Translations under genes and position numbers: made by a program
Shown here: positions 10,931-22,699 of the stretch, in pieces
Numbering within the stretch: the first letter of the stretch is position 1
Layout: each line of letters opens with the position of its first letter
NCBI GenBank assembly: GCA_024346625.1
Contig: AP024664.1
Location: 4,464,001 to 4,528,000, forward strand
Source: Williopsis jadinii
Taxonomy: Eukaryota
Reading direction: 5' to 3'
DNA: 64,000 nt
The notes under the pieces: generated by a model
The model's database searches: none
The model's input: only the letters and a program-made list of their open reading frames with translations
What the model was told of the DNA's origin: nothing

Positions 10931-11748
10931 TTTGATTAAGAATTATAATGATATATTATACAATAGTATATCAGAACGATACTAATAAAAATATCAAAAC
11001 GGTTTCTAGATGTCCCAAGAGTATACGATCTCTAGACAACTCTCTAGAGATATAAACAAATACGAGCATGTTATTTTGCATACTTCCAGAGATATAACCA
11101 TTCATTGGTTTGTATAATATTGTCAAAGAACATATAAACTTGATTACATTAGTTCAACAAAATAAAATAAAGAAAAAGCAGCTTTATCAAAATGTAGAAT
11201 TAGCCTCTATTATCCTATATATTATATAATCTTAATTCCAGGTGTTATATCTATGGTATTACTGCATGTGATGTATACAAGAAGAACAGCTCGCTTGGAA
11301 CATACTGGAGTGCATTATAATCAACATCAAGCACATAGTGTGAATATTGATCCAATTGATCAAGTATATACTCCAGTTATGATCCAGATAGTACATGTAA
11401 CGAACTTCTTCATGAATGATGAGTTCTAACGACGGGGCAATACAATTATGAGCACTAGCGATGCTGATATTAGCACCAGGAGCCGTAGTGTAACACCTGT
11501 GTTCATGTCGCTGCTATTATATCTTCAATAGCTATGCAGTTCTTCACAGCAGACATGTATATGTCTGGGATAGCACACCACGGTCATTTCACTAACACTG
11601 TTGACCCATGTGGTGTGGTCCTACACTCCTTACTCGCTCACAGTGATTTATCGATAGTCTCTGCTATAGAGGCTACAAGTGAAGTAACGTCTTCTAATAA
11701 CCTTTAGACGGTCTTTATACATGTATATATAGTGCCAACTCAAACACG

Positions 11749-14204
11749 TTAGATCAAACTGTCACCGTTGTTCCATGAATTGTCCCATCCACCGGTAGAA
11801 GTGCCTTTCTTCATTGGAATCAGCGAGTCTGCAAAGCCAGGAGGTAGCTTCACCTGCGACTGTGTGTGTACGTGCTGGTGTGGTTGAGTTTGCTGTGTGT
11901 TCAGCTGGGCAAAGCTGTTGGTAGTTGCCATCGCTGTACTCGTCATTGGCTGTTTCCACTCAGTGCTCCAGTCTATGCTAGTGGACTGTGTTGGGTTCTG
12001 GGAAGCATAAGGACTGGCTCTGGACTGTGGAGCAGATACGAAAGCTGCAAAGTCTTCGTCGTTTGAATTAGAAGGAATAGATGGATTGTTTCGCAAATTC
12101 TTAACGACTGGTTGCATAGCTGGGCTGTTGGAGCCAAAGTTCAAGGTCTCAGCAGCCATAGTGGTCTTCTTCTTGGGGTTCAAGACCATTGGCTCAATCT
12201 TAGGTTTGATGTACTCAGGCTGTGAGGATGACGACAGGTTGGATTGCGGCTGCAATGGTACTGCAGCCACCTTAGGGGTCTCCGGTTTATTACTAGCAGT
12301 CACCGTAGTGTCTTCATTGCCGTACAACAAGTGTCTGAACTTCTCCTGGTCATCCTCATCTTCTCTTGGTTTGCTTCCTTCCAAATGCCTCAATTTCTGG
12401 GCATGTGCTGATTGAATTCTCTGTGAAATGTCGTTCAGAACAGTGGTGTAAGAACTGTACGTGGTTGAGTCTAAAGAGGAAGCCATCGACAATAACCAAA
12501 GTTGTGGGATGACACTTTCCACGATGTGTTCCTCATCAAGTATATTCGCAGATGATTGATAAACTTTCAAGATCGAATTCATAATCTTCAGTTCACGAGT
12601 CTTCATGGACTTCAAGAGAGGCAACAGGGTCTCTTGGACGATGAACTTATCGATCCCCTTCTTGTCAATCAACAGCACAAAAGAGTCAATGGTCTTCACC
12701 TTCACTGTGAGAGACGTTGTCTTTGAAAATAGCGTGCAAATCCTTGGGAAGATGTTGTTCTTAATGTTTGGGAAATCCACAGTGTTCAGGATGATATCCA
12801 TTCTATCAAGCGTCTTTGATTGGACTTGGAAGTTGTTCTGAAGATCCAAAGTTCTTTCTGTTAATTTCAACAACAACTTCTTGAACTCGTCGCTCTTCAC
12901 CTTCGTTTTCAAGATATGAAGGTACTCCAGTATGACGATCTGGGCCTCGGGCAATTGTAGCAGCTTGTCATCGTTCAGCACAGCAAAGACCTTGTCGTGG
13001 AACGTCAACTGTGACAAGTTTTCACCAATGAGAATGATGATGGTCAGCGTGATCTGGACGAGTGATAACTCCCGAGTAGATAAGAGATCAATCATGATCG
13101 GCAGGATCTTCTTTTGGAGGATGTTCTTGGGGAAAAGAGGCAATAGATTCACCAGGGATTTCAGAAAGATCAACTTTTCATCATTGGTCTTTGTTGGGAA
13201 TTCATCCAGGAACACCATCACTTTCACCAATGGGTTGTTGAAGTACTCAGATTGGATGAACTCCTGTGTTGAGATCCTCTGATTCGGGTATCTCGATAGC
13301 ATCTTCATCATTTCAGGGAATAGCGACTCAGGGACCTGTTTGAACAGCTGTCGTGGGTTGTTCTGCGTTAGAGAGCGTTCGAACTTTGCGTAGTCATCCT
13401 TATAGTAACTTGTCGAGTTATTGCAACTGATGAACGTGGTGCCCTGGTTGTAGAGGTAGTAGATCAGGGCACCCAGTGAAAACATGTCCACGGCCGTTGA
13501 TATGGAGTTCTCCAATACAACCTCCGGAGCAGTGAAGTTCAGGTTGATGTTGATAAACCCAGGAATTCTGGGATCGTACTGTGGGATGAAGTACTCAGAA
13601 ACATCAGTCGGCTGGACAAAGCCCAGCCCAGCCAGTTTCCAATCAGAGTTGTCGTTGATGAACACAGAATTCGGGGAAAGACCCAGGTGGACAACTTTGG
13701 CCTGGGCATGGACGAACTCCAGTGCATTGCTCAGCTGTAGCAGGCCCTTCTGAATGCTAACGTCGTCCAGCTCTGGCACTTGGTTGAGACAGCCTTGCAA
13801 AGGCTCAGTGACAAACATCAAGTTTGCCTTGTGCTCCTCCAAGGGCTCGATGATGGTCAGCACATTCGGGTGCCTGTACTTGGCCAGATTGGACACCTGG
13901 TTCCTCAACACCTCGTAGGCGTCGTTGATTACCTGCTTGTCACCTCTCTTCACAATGTTGTTCTTCACCAGCTGCGACTCGAACTTCTTCTTGTCAAAGA
14001 TGAACACCGCACACTGCTTGTCCGAGGACTTGTTGCGCGCAGCGTACACGTCCCAAGGATCACAGTGGAAGCTGGGGTACTGGGACAACGAATAATGCGC
14101 CTGGATACCAGTTTTCCCTACTCTGAATGTTAGTCCTCTGGTGACATAAGCAAAACGGCGCTGGCGCTGCCGCCGTCTAACCGCGGAAACTCACACTTGA
14201 ACAT
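11749..14204 (-). CDS. SCY1: SCY1-like pseudokinase with HEAT repeats, 2 exons (14204-14195, 14117-11749)
   Basis: Intron 14118-14194 (GTGAGT...GACTAAC...TAG) gives MFKWKTGIQAHYSLSQYPSF. Also VFIFDKKKFE, LAKYRHPNVL, WKLAGLGF. Confidence 0.88.
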
Positions 14205-14556
14205 GGCTTCTGTACCTTATGATTGCTTCGTGATGCTCTACGCTTGTTGAATAGCCACTGGAAGCACTGGTCAAAGCAGAACAGCTCGTTTGAATTGTGT
14301 GCAGCGTGCTGCGGTTGTGGTGTTTTGTAGTGCTTTGTAGTGCTTTGTTTTGATTTTTCCTTGATGTTTTTCGAGCGGTTTTGTGCACTTGAAAGCGTTC
14401 AAAAAGGGAGATTTCGGAACAGAAGAAAACTAAGGGCGTAGGCTTCGGAAATGGGGAGTGCTTCATTATGGAGCACTCGAAATTACAGCAGAGGTTTCAT
14501 ACGTGGGCATTCTGGAAACGTGTATTATGTTAATGAGTAGAGGGGAATGAATTACG

Positions 14557-14889
14557 CTAGTGGCATCCGTGGTGAGGTCCGTTACTGGAGTTGCTGGAGT
14601 TGCTGGAGTTGCTGGAGTTGCTGGAGTTGTCGCTGTCGCTGTCGTTGTCGAGGAAGCTTGCCCTGTGGCTCCTCCCCAGGTGCTCAAAGGTGTAGTATGC
14701 CATTCCTTCGTAGATGTCCAGTACCTCACCGTCGGTGTCGTCGGTGTCCTCCTCCTCCACCGTGCCACCATTCGCAACGCTGTCCAGATACTGGTGCCGT
14801 AGAATCTCAGTGACCCTGGCTTCAATATGGTAGAATCTCCTGGACTTCCTCAGCTGCGGCGTGTCTCGTGCGACGGCCTGTTCCGACAT
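14557..14889 (-). CDS. Hypothetical small acidic protein
   Basis: ATG-started 110-aa ORF with acidic and NSS-repeat tracts; no recognisable family. Confidence 0.35.
   Translation of the reverse strand: MSEQAVARDTPQLRKSRRFYHIEARVTEILRHQYLDSVANGGTVEEEDTDDTDGEVLDIYEGMAYYTFEHLGRSHRASFLDNDSDSDNSSNSSNSSNSSNSSNGPHHGCH
14581..14628. repeat. 9-bp tandem repeat (GTTGCTGGA) x~5
   Basis: Read directly from the sequence. Confidence 0.9.
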
Positions 14890-15409
14890 TGGACGTTTAG
14901 CACCCTATCGCTCCCGGTTTTGGCTGAAGAGTAAGCCATGGCCAGCAAGCAGGACAGGAACAAGACCAAAGCACACCCTTCTTATACCAAACAAGCGAGC
15001 ATAACTACGAATTTCACACATGAACATCCAAATTGCGTATGCAATCCTAAATATAACCATTTCCACCAAGAAATGTAGACGGTGCAGACATTCCTTTCGG
15101 AATCAAGCATGAAACCACCAATACATGCCTTGCACCGCAACAAATTAAACCAATGATGAGCTTGTCGCCAGCTAGAACGCAGTGCTCACCTCTGGAACAG
15201 CAGGGCAGAGCCAAACACAGCACACCGTCGATCCTCTGATCCTCTTGAACCCGTTTGAAGAGTGTCGAAGATATGTCCACGCTCCATAGAAACTCCGCTT
15301 ATGCGGTCATATGCACGCTGTCTGTTTCCCGGGTTACACTTTGAGGTCTCGGAAGGGTATTGAACTAAACATTTATTACCTAATCCGGTGGTGATAGTAT
15401 ATATACACG

Positions 15410-16357
15410 TCAATCGTGGTCACCGTTCAGCCCATCTGTTGGCTTGTGGTCATGGACTGACTTCTCCAAGGGCCCGTTGACGAAGGAGTCGTGGACGAAG
15501 TTCTCAACGAGCTTTCTCTGTGGGAGGACGTCTTCGAATGACTTCTTCCAGTCCCTGTACTCAAACCACTTCAGCATCAGTTCGACAACGTGCGTTGTCG
15601 TCAACACACGTCTACCGTTCAGCTTGATGTACTCATCAATTGGCAGTCTTTTCGTCACTATGCCTAGTTTCTCGGCTTTCTCCTTGCACAGATCCTTATG
15701 GCGCCCTTTGTCAACTATGCCTCCGATGACATATGTCATGCCCGGTTCTAAAGTTTCCAGAATCTCATCAGAATCTGCAGAGAGGTACACATAGTGATCG
15801 TCGGGAACAAATGCCTCCTCTTCGAACTTCACGTGGTCCCAATGCGGCCAGTTGGAGTTCATAAGACAGTCTTCAAATCTTTTCTTCAACTCCTTGTTAA
15901 AGGAGGTGATTCTGATGTCTGCGGTGTTCTTCGAGATACGATTGGCACCGTACAGCCTTGTGATCTGTGTACTTAACGATACTCTTTCGTTGTAGTTCAT
16001 CAAATCGTCAAAATCACAATCTATGATTAGGGAAACCCCACTACTCTTTTGGTCCGATGGCACTCTTGGTCTCTTGTGTAAGAGCTCTTCAGGAATTTCT
16101 TCACCTTTTGCCTTGAGCTCCTCAATCTTTGCACGACGATTTGCTCTAGCCTTGATCTTCTTTTCACGACGGATCTTTGCAATGTCAACCTTACGTTCCT
16201 CCATTAGTTTTCTCTTTTGAAGTCTTTTCCATTGCTTCTTGGACATTCCCTCGGGAATTTCAGGTTTCTGGTGCAATGGCTGTTGATCTTGCTGCTGTTG
16301 CTCTTGTTGCTGCTGCTCATTGGTAGTCTCCACCGGCGTCACCGTTTCTTCACTCAT
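15410..16357 (-). CDS. TRM10: tRNA m1G9 methyltransferase
   Basis: PEGMSKKQWKR, IDCDFDDLM, YLSADS, YVIGGIVDK, RVLTTTHV. Likely ATG at 16357. Confidence 0.93.
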   Translation of the reverse strand: MSEETVTPVETTNEQQQQEQQQQDQQPLHQKPEIPEGMSKKQWKRLQKRKLMEERKVDIAKIRREKKIKARANRRAKIEELKAKGEEIPEELLHKRPRVPSDQKSSGVSLIIDCDFDDLMNYNERVSLSTQITRLYGANRISKNTADIRITSFNKELKKRFEDCLMNSNWPHWDHVKFEEEAFVPDDHYVYLSADSDEILETLEPGMTYVIGGIVDKGRHKDLCKEKAEKLGIVTKRLPIDEYIKLNGRRVLTTTHVVELMLKWFEYRDWKKSFEDVLPQRKLVENFVHDSFVNGPLEKSVHDHKPTDGLNGDHD

Positions 16358-16408
16358 CTCTGAAAGACCGTGCAACTGCTCCATCCAATTGTTATTCTAT
16401 TGTCCCGA

Positions 16409-16428
16409 CTCATCGCTGAAATTTTTTT
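16409..16428. promoter_or_regulatory. Adjacent PAC (GCGATGAG) and RRPE (TGAAATTTT) ribosome-biogenesis regulon motifs
   Basis: CTCATCGC TGAAATTTTTTT about 55 bp upstream of TRM10. Confidence 0.7.
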
Positions 16429-16701
16429 AGTTATAGTTTGTCCCGTTTGTCCAAACATCCAGACACCTCAAGTTCTTGTTGTTCCGGGACAAATGGGACA
16501 AATCATAAGCTTGACGCGAAAGAAGGAACAAAGGCATCAGATTTGCCACCCAAATCAACATCAATTGGTCAAGAGAGAGGTTCTGCAAAGCTGTACATGT
16601 ATAGGCCATCTTTATTCCCTCTCATTGTACATATTTAACTATACCTAACCGACTAAAAACAGCACTGTATCTACATCTGAAAGACCTTTGTTTAGCATCT
16701 G

Positions 16702-17376
16702 ATGCAGGCACCAAAGGAACAGGAACTGTACTCTATAACGGATCGGACCTTTGAGCTGTCGTTGGACGATGACGACGACGTCGACGATGTCGCTGACGAT
16801 TCCAACACTGCTGTTGATTCAAAGGCAACAGGGTTAGGCTCCATACTGGACGAAGGATTGGGGTCCAACTCGGATCATCCAAAGGATGACATGCCACTGG
16901 AACATGAGCTAATAACATCGAGCCTAGACATTTTGATGAGAATGAGTGGGAACTCAATGCCGTTGAACAGTGTAACTAGCCACAGCGACTTGTACAGCAG
17001 TCTAAAAATGGTCCATAAGCTTTGCGAATCAAACGAGTGTAAGCTGAAGTTCCTTTCTAAGAACTACAGCTTCCTCGAAGGGCTGTACGACAGCTCTCGA
17101 AAGGAGCTGGAGTGGATGAAACTACAGCTACGGAGAAGCGAGGCCCACGTAACAAGGCTTGAACAGGAGCTGGAGGCAGTGTTGAACGATGTGGATAAGC
17201 ACGCAATTGCTAAACACCTCCCGAAAGGCATTGCTGAGGGCCCATCGGAAGCCGGCTGTGACAACCCGCAGTCGACCCAATTCAAACTCGCAACGGCCCT
17301 GCAAACCATCGAAAGGCAAAACGCTGAGCTCAGGAGCTACAAGAGGTTCATCAAGGATATGATGGACACCTCTTAG
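16702..17376 (+). CDS. Hypothetical coiled-coil protein
   Basis: ATG-started 224-aa ORF with an acidic N-terminus and heptad-rich C-terminal half. Confidence 0.6.
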   Translation: MQAPKEQELYSITDRTFELSLDDDDDVDDVADDSNTAVDSKATGLGSILDEGLGSNSDHPKDDMPLEHELITSSLDILMRMSGNSMPLNSVTSHSDLYSSLKMVHKLCESNECKLKFLSKNYSFLEGLYDSSRKELEWMKLQLRRSEAHVTRLEQELEAVLNDVDKHAIAKHLPKGIAEGPSEAGCDNPQSTQFKLATALQTIERQNAELRSYKRFIKDMMDTS

Positions 17377-18251
17377 ACGTGGAATTGGTCACGCTCTCCG
17401 CCCATTGTTCCCGTTGTCAGCGTATGGTGATGGCACGCTAAACCATGCATACAGCAACTCCGGTAATTCTCCTTCTCTCCCACTCTGGTGCGTTTGTTGC
17501 TGCCACTACTGTGAATGGGCATTTACGGCATGATTATATAAGCGATAGATAAACACCAAGCAGCAGTTCTAGATCAGTTCCATCGCTTCAAAGGGTCCAG
17601 GCCTTTTGCGCTAAATTTAAACCACACTGGATCGAAGTTATAATGGGAGATAAAGACGAAATGGCTCATGAACGTTAATCAATTGACTCATGAACGTGGT
17701 TGGTCCGTTGATTCCCTCATCAGGCCTGCGAGCAGTGGCACCGGCAACGCTCGCAATGTGGACGCCCATGAAGGAAGAGAACGGAGCATGGAAACAATCG
17801 GAGCCAAAGGGCTCTACTATCCGGATAAATTCACACCACTTTCGGAAAAACTTTTCCTTTGATTCTGTCACTTTTCTTTTTTTTTTAACCATTTTTTATA
17901 GTTTTTTCTTTATTTAAGCTTTTGCCTCTGCCTCACAGCTTTTCTTTTTCTCCGAAGAGGTAGGAATAGGCTATTTCACTTCACACACACCGACACGGAT
18001 TCCAATTTCTTCATTTCTTCTTCTTCTTTCTTTGTTTTAATACAATTTGCCATAGCTTGTTTTTGAATTACATTCACGAACTGACCGCTTGAGAGCGAAT
18101 TTCATACCGTTATTTCAAGCCCTGGGACGCTGAGACACTGAGAGCACTGGTACAGACCACCATCCTCATCCACTTGGCTATAAATATCTAGTTGTACCCA
18201 CGTTTTCCTTCACCAGACGCTGGATCCCTAGGCCCTGTCACGCACACAACC

Positions 18252-19364
18252 ATGGATCCACTTATGAGCAAACTACAGAGAAAGCTGACGAACGATTCCA
18301 CCATCAGCATGGGCACAGAGCCGTTGTTCTCAAGACAGGGCTCTTCCACCTCGGTATCTACCAACACAACGATGCCTTCGCCCCGTGTACTGCCACAGTC
18401 GCTGTCCTTCACAAAGATCAACGACTCGTCGCCGGTTCCACCGTTGCAGAGCAACGGATCCACGCTAAGCTTGGATTCTCTGCATTTGGCACTTTCAGGC
18501 ATCAAGGGGGCAAACTCGCCTAAGGTTCTCTTGAACCAGCCAAAATCTACAAACAGATTAACAACTACACCAACGAATGAGCCATCGCTGGACTCGAAAT
18601 GGTGCATTGTTCTCGTTGGACTACCTGCAACTGGTAAATCGTCCATTTGTAAGAACTTGATCAAGTTCTCAACAAGACGGTTCCATGAGGACTATCACAT
18701 CCAAAACTTCAAGATTGATTCCTTCAACGCTGGCCACTTCCGTCGTAAACTCTCAAACTTCAAAGACCAGACTTCGGACTATTTCAGCGTCAATAACAGC
18801 GAAGCCAAGTTACAACGTGAAAGATTTGCGCAAATTGCCCTGGACCATCTGCTGAACTCGTTACTGGGTGAACAGATCAACGTTGGTATATTTGATGCTA
18901 CCAACTCAACAAGGGCTCGTCGTAACTACATCTTCAACGCAATTGCCGAGAAGGAGGCCAAGACTGGCATCAAGATCAACACTGTGATACTACACGTGAA
19001 ATGCACAGATGACAAGTTGTGGAGATATAACGTGGAAGGGAAGACAGTTGGTCCAGATTACACTCAAATGGCTCATGACGATGCCATTAACGATTTTATA
19101 CACAGAGCTGAATGCTACAAACAGGCATTTGAGGATATTACACAGGAGGAGCTACAATCTCATGAAGGTTGTATCTACGTTGAAGTTGACAATGCCGGCA
19201 AGCAGTGCAACGTTATCAACACTGGATTAAAAGATGTGGAGCACGATTTGATCTTCGCAGAGATGGAGTCGTTCTTCACTTCATACTATAATGATTATGG
19301 AAGGGAATATGAAACAAATGCTAGAGAGTTTTGGTGCCATCCACACCCTGAAACAGTGAAATAA
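18252..19364 (+). CDS. PFK27: 6-phosphofructo-2-kinase (kinase domain only, Pfk27-like)
   Basis: IVLVGLPATGKS P-loop, FNAGHFRR, GIFDATNSTRARR, GPDY. First ATG at 18252. Confidence 0.85.
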   Translation: MDPLMSKLQRKLTNDSTISMGTEPLFSRQGSSTSVSTNTTMPSPRVLPQSLSFTKINDSSPVPPLQSNGSTLSLDSLHLALSGIKGANSPKVLLNQPKSTNRLTTTPTNEPSLDSKWCIVLVGLPATGKSSICKNLIKFSTRRFHEDYHIQNFKIDSFNAGHFRRKLSNFKDQTSDYFSVNNSEAKLQRERFAQIALDHLLNSLLGEQINVGIFDATNSTRARRNYIFNAIAEKEAKTGIKINTVILHVKCTDDKLWRYNVEGKTVGPDYTQMAHDDAINDFIHRAECYKQAFEDITQEELQSHEGCIYVEVDNAGKQCNVINTGLKDVEHDLIFAEMESFFTSYYNDYGREYETNAREFWCHPHPETVK

Positions 19365-19577
19365 CTCACCAATATTGAGGGTTTCTTTTCAACAGTTATA
19401 TTATACGCTTTTATACATACAAACAAGCAGGGGGGATGTTATCGAGGCTAACGTTAACAGGGTTCTTATTCTATTCTTTTTGGGCAGGTTTTTTCTTTAC
19501 ATTTGGTTTCTTTATACAGTTTTTTACAATATGAATTCACTTTATTTGTATCTGATTTATACGTTTACCTAGACTTT

Positions 19578-22082
19578 TTAGAGACATTTTGGTATTGAAA
19601 TGTTCTCTTTAATCTTTCTATCGGAGGTGAATAACCCCCATTCGGTTTCCCATTTAGCATTGGGTCTATGGTAGACTTGCTTCCAAGGCTCATCAAAGGC
19701 TTCAAAGAAATACCATGGCCTTTTCCCATCTTTTGCACTGCATATGAAGCTGTCCAAGAATTGTTGCATCTCTTTCAGTCCTGCTTTGGCAGCACGATAT
19801 TGTCCTCCACCATAGGGCCATCCAACTTCGGAAAGAATGACTTGAGGTGTATGCGATCTTGTAGTTATGAGTCGTCTATACGGATCCACTTGAGTAGTTA
19901 GATAGTTATGGGTCCAATTCCCAGCCTCCACAGCGTTTACACCATTCAAAAAGGGATCAACGTTGACCCCATAAAAGTCACAGTGTTTCATAACGTCTGT
20001 GCTAACTCGAGAACCTAATTCAGATGTACCGACGGGTAAGTCCCATTTCAATTCTTTGCGAATAAAGCTTTTAACTTCGTCAATGTACCCAATGAGCTTA
20101 TCCGACGTTTCATCTTCTCTGAACAAAACTTCATTGCCGATATAAACAGATTCAAAGAGTTCCCTTGGATATTTCTGTAACACGGATTTCAGCTCTTGGA
20201 TCTGTTCATTGTTTGCGGCTTCATTGGCTCCAATCCATACTCCCATGGATAAAGATACGTTCAAGTGTAACAGTTGGATGGCATTCAAGATATGTCTAGT
20301 TTGGTTGCATTGTGTACCATAAGTCCGTATCCTTGAGGTAACCTGTGACAAGAGAGCAACATCAAGAATAACATCTTTTGCAGTAACACCGCACTGAGGT
20401 GAAATGACATTTTTTGGTGCATAATCAATGCCATAGAAAACGTTTGTTAGATTGTCATTGGTCATCAACTGTCTTAGCTCTCTACTTCTTTGATAATTAT
20501 GTGGGATATTCTCAAATTTTGAGATTCCAGCAATGGTTGGAGTTAATGGTTGAGGTCTCATTAGCTTCCGGGGTCTGTGTTCTCCCTTGCCACCAGTTCT
20601 GACACCATCTGTGGAGTTGTTTCCCAAAATGAACGGGCTTAACAATTCCTCTCTATGATGTGGGGAAATGTTTGATAAATACTTTGTCACAATAGAATCC
20701 GAGCCCCTCATCAAGATTATGATCAATGGAATGCAAATACACATTACAATCATCAATAGCATAAATAGGCACCACATGAAAATATTGTTCCTCTTAGCCA
20801 TGTGGTTCTTCTCTTTGGTTTTACCAACTCCACTATTCAATCCTTCTAAGTTCTCCTTCAAAAACTTTGAAGTTTCACCATCAGCTGTACGTAGATTCAA
20901 CTTGGAATCCTGTGCTCTGTAGAGAGATTTGAAGGGTAATGCACTTTTAACAATTTCCATGAATTTTGAAGGAGAATTCGGTTTTGCCATTGTTTTATGA
21001 CTTTGAATTTGATCTTTCAAACAATTCAATTCACTTTCATTTGTAGCCACGTTGAATTTATCACTTGAGGCATATCCAAGTTCAGATATCTGATCCAAAT
21101 CTTCAGGGTCATCAAAAAGCACACTGTTGATTGGAAGTTGTTGAGTTTGTTCCCCCAAAACTTCAGGTTTCCTCTTTACAGAGTTTCTTGAAAACAATAA
21201 CGGTTTACCATGCTCACCAGACTGAACTTGTCCCGTGGAGTAATCAGCTTTTGTAGATTTTGATCTTGAAAGTGCCCTCTTGATCAAAGCTATATCATTG
21301 TGTGTCCTATGGATAGCCCCACATCTTAACAAGGAGTCTTGTAATATCAGACGGTCCGACTCTTCTGGAGATGCAATAATCTGAGGTTTAAAAGAGGCTG
21401 CAACGTCGGAGTTTTCACTCAAATCGTTTAAATGTCTCAATGAATTCATACGATTAACTGAATGCGTCTCAGCGTCATTATTAGCACTTTCACTGCGTAA
21501 AAGATGAGAGGGTAGAGGATCAATTGGCGAGAGCAAATTGGGCTCAGATAACGTATTGTTGTAAGCGTCTTCAACTTCGTCATAGTTACTGGAAGGTGAT
21601 CTTACTTCATCGATACGCCGGTACACAGTTTCATGAGTTGGTGGAGAAACTTCATCGACGATTTGTTGACTGCTTCCCAAGAAGGATTCTCTTACCAAGC
21701 CATCAAGAGTGTTTATAGGTGCAGATGATACCACATGGTTCATCTGATCCAAAGGCGCGTCCTCGTGATGGCCATGTTCCGGTAAGGGTTCAGATTGTGC
21801 GCCTTGTTGTGCTTGAACGTAGTACAGCACTGTATCCAATATCTCCTCGTTTGGACCACCAACGCTGATGCCCAATTGGTCATCCAGAGGACGCACATCG
21901 CTTGGAGAACGAACAGTGGTAGAGTCAGAGCTACGCAACAACGTAGCCTGCTCCAGAGCAGCGCTGACCGCGGTTGGGTTTGCAGTCGACATTCTCGATA
22001 TCACGCTTAGATGGTCATCAGCGCCTTCCTCTTTGAAGGCCCCGTTCTCAGGAGACCTTCCATTCAGCACAGGCACAACCAT
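19578..22082 (-). CDS. Membrane-anchored GH17 beta-1,3-glucanase/glucanosyltransferase (BtgC-like)
   Basis: One TM helix followed by FYGIDYAP, RIRTYGTQC, IGNEVLFRE, LSEVGWP, YFFEAFDEPWK, ETEWGLF. Confidence 0.85.
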   Translation of the reverse strand: MVVPVLNGRSPENGAFKEEGADDHLSVISRMSTANPTAVSAALEQATLLRSSDSTTVRSPSDVRPLDDQLGISVGGPNEEILDTVLYYVQAQQGAQSEPLPEHGHHEDAPLDQMNHVVSSAPINTLDGLVRESFLGSSQQIVDEVSPPTHETVYRRIDEVRSPSSNYDEVEDAYNNTLSEPNLLSPIDPLPSHLLRSESANNDAETHSVNRMNSLRHLNDLSENSDVAASFKPQIIASPEESDRLILQDSLLRCGAIHRTHNDIALIKRALSRSKSTKADYSTGQVQSGEHGKPLLFSRNSVKRKPEVLGEQTQQLPINSVLFDDPEDLDQISELGYASSDKFNVATNESELNCLKDQIQSHKTMAKPNSPSKFMEIVKSALPFKSLYRAQDSKLNLRTADGETSKFLKENLEGLNSGVGKTKEKNHMAKRNNIFMWCLFMLLMIVMCICIPLIIILMRGSDSIVTKYLSNISPHHREELLSPFILGNNSTDGVRTGGKGEHRPRKLMRPQPLTPTIAGISKFENIPHNYQRSRELRQLMTNDNLTNVFYGIDYAPKNVISPQCGVTAKDVILDVALLSQVTSRIRTYGTQCNQTRHILNAIQLLHLNVSLSMGVWIGANEAANNEQIQELKSVLQKYPRELFESVYIGNEVLFREDETSDKLIGYIDEVKSFIRKELKWDLPVGTSELGSRVSTDVMKHCDFYGVNVDPFLNGVNAVEAGNWTHNYLTTQVDPYRRLITTRSHTPQVILSEVGWPYGGGQYRAAKAGLKEMQQFLDSFICSAKDGKRPWYFFEAFDEPWKQVYHRPNAKWETEWGLFTSDRKIKENISIPKCL

Positions 22083-22524
22083 TGGTCAGTGTATAATAGT
22101 GGGAGCTGTTGTGTATCAACGAGCTATTCCTCCGTGTTGATACGACGTTGTAATTGTGTATCTTTGAATTATACTGGACTTCAGCCAGTAGATTACACAA
22201 ATTCGAGAGATACACAAAAGCAGACGCCATATGACACCGTTACCAGAGCCACGTTGTCATGGCATCGAGCAGCACACCACTGGAAGCAGCGTTGCCACAA
22301 CACACGGGCCACTAAGCTCTGGAGATGATGAAGTGACAACACCACATTCAAGAGCCCCAGCAACAAACCGGGAGCCCACCTCACAGGACATCACAGCCAA
22401 AGAGGACACAGTCAGTCACAGCGTCAGCAAAAGACACATTGAATCCTCAACGACGGCATTCCACAGCATTCCACAGCGGATCATCGCAGCGAAGTAAACG
22501 GAAAAGTGTATCACATCTCCAAAA

Positions 22525-22566
22525 TGTAAACAAACGGTGTAAACAGTGTAAACAGTGTAAACAGTG
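22525..22566 (+). repeat. Four TGTAAACA copies, three at 9-bp period (forkhead-site-like)
   Basis: TGTAAACA at 22525, 22538, 22547 and 22556. Confidence 0.7.
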
Positions 22567-22699
22567 CCCCTACCAACGAGCCCTTTTTTATCCCGCCTAT
22601 GTCCGACGGCGTTTAGCAGAGGCCCTTTTTATAAGCGCTTTTACTTCTTCGAGGGTCTCTGCACTTGCACTGAATGGCTGTCTGAGCATCACAGCGCCA

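Noticed and set aside
11414..11470. C/D box snoRNA (ATGATGA...CTGA)
   Set aside because: Short, no terminal stem, and no rRNA complementarity that I could recognise.
22439..22699. N-terminal extensions in the ORF track (URK1; likewise the SNF2 helicase, DOA1 and PYD2)
   Set aside because: They start at TTG/GTG codons or run through promoter-like sequence; family similarity begins after a downstream ATG.
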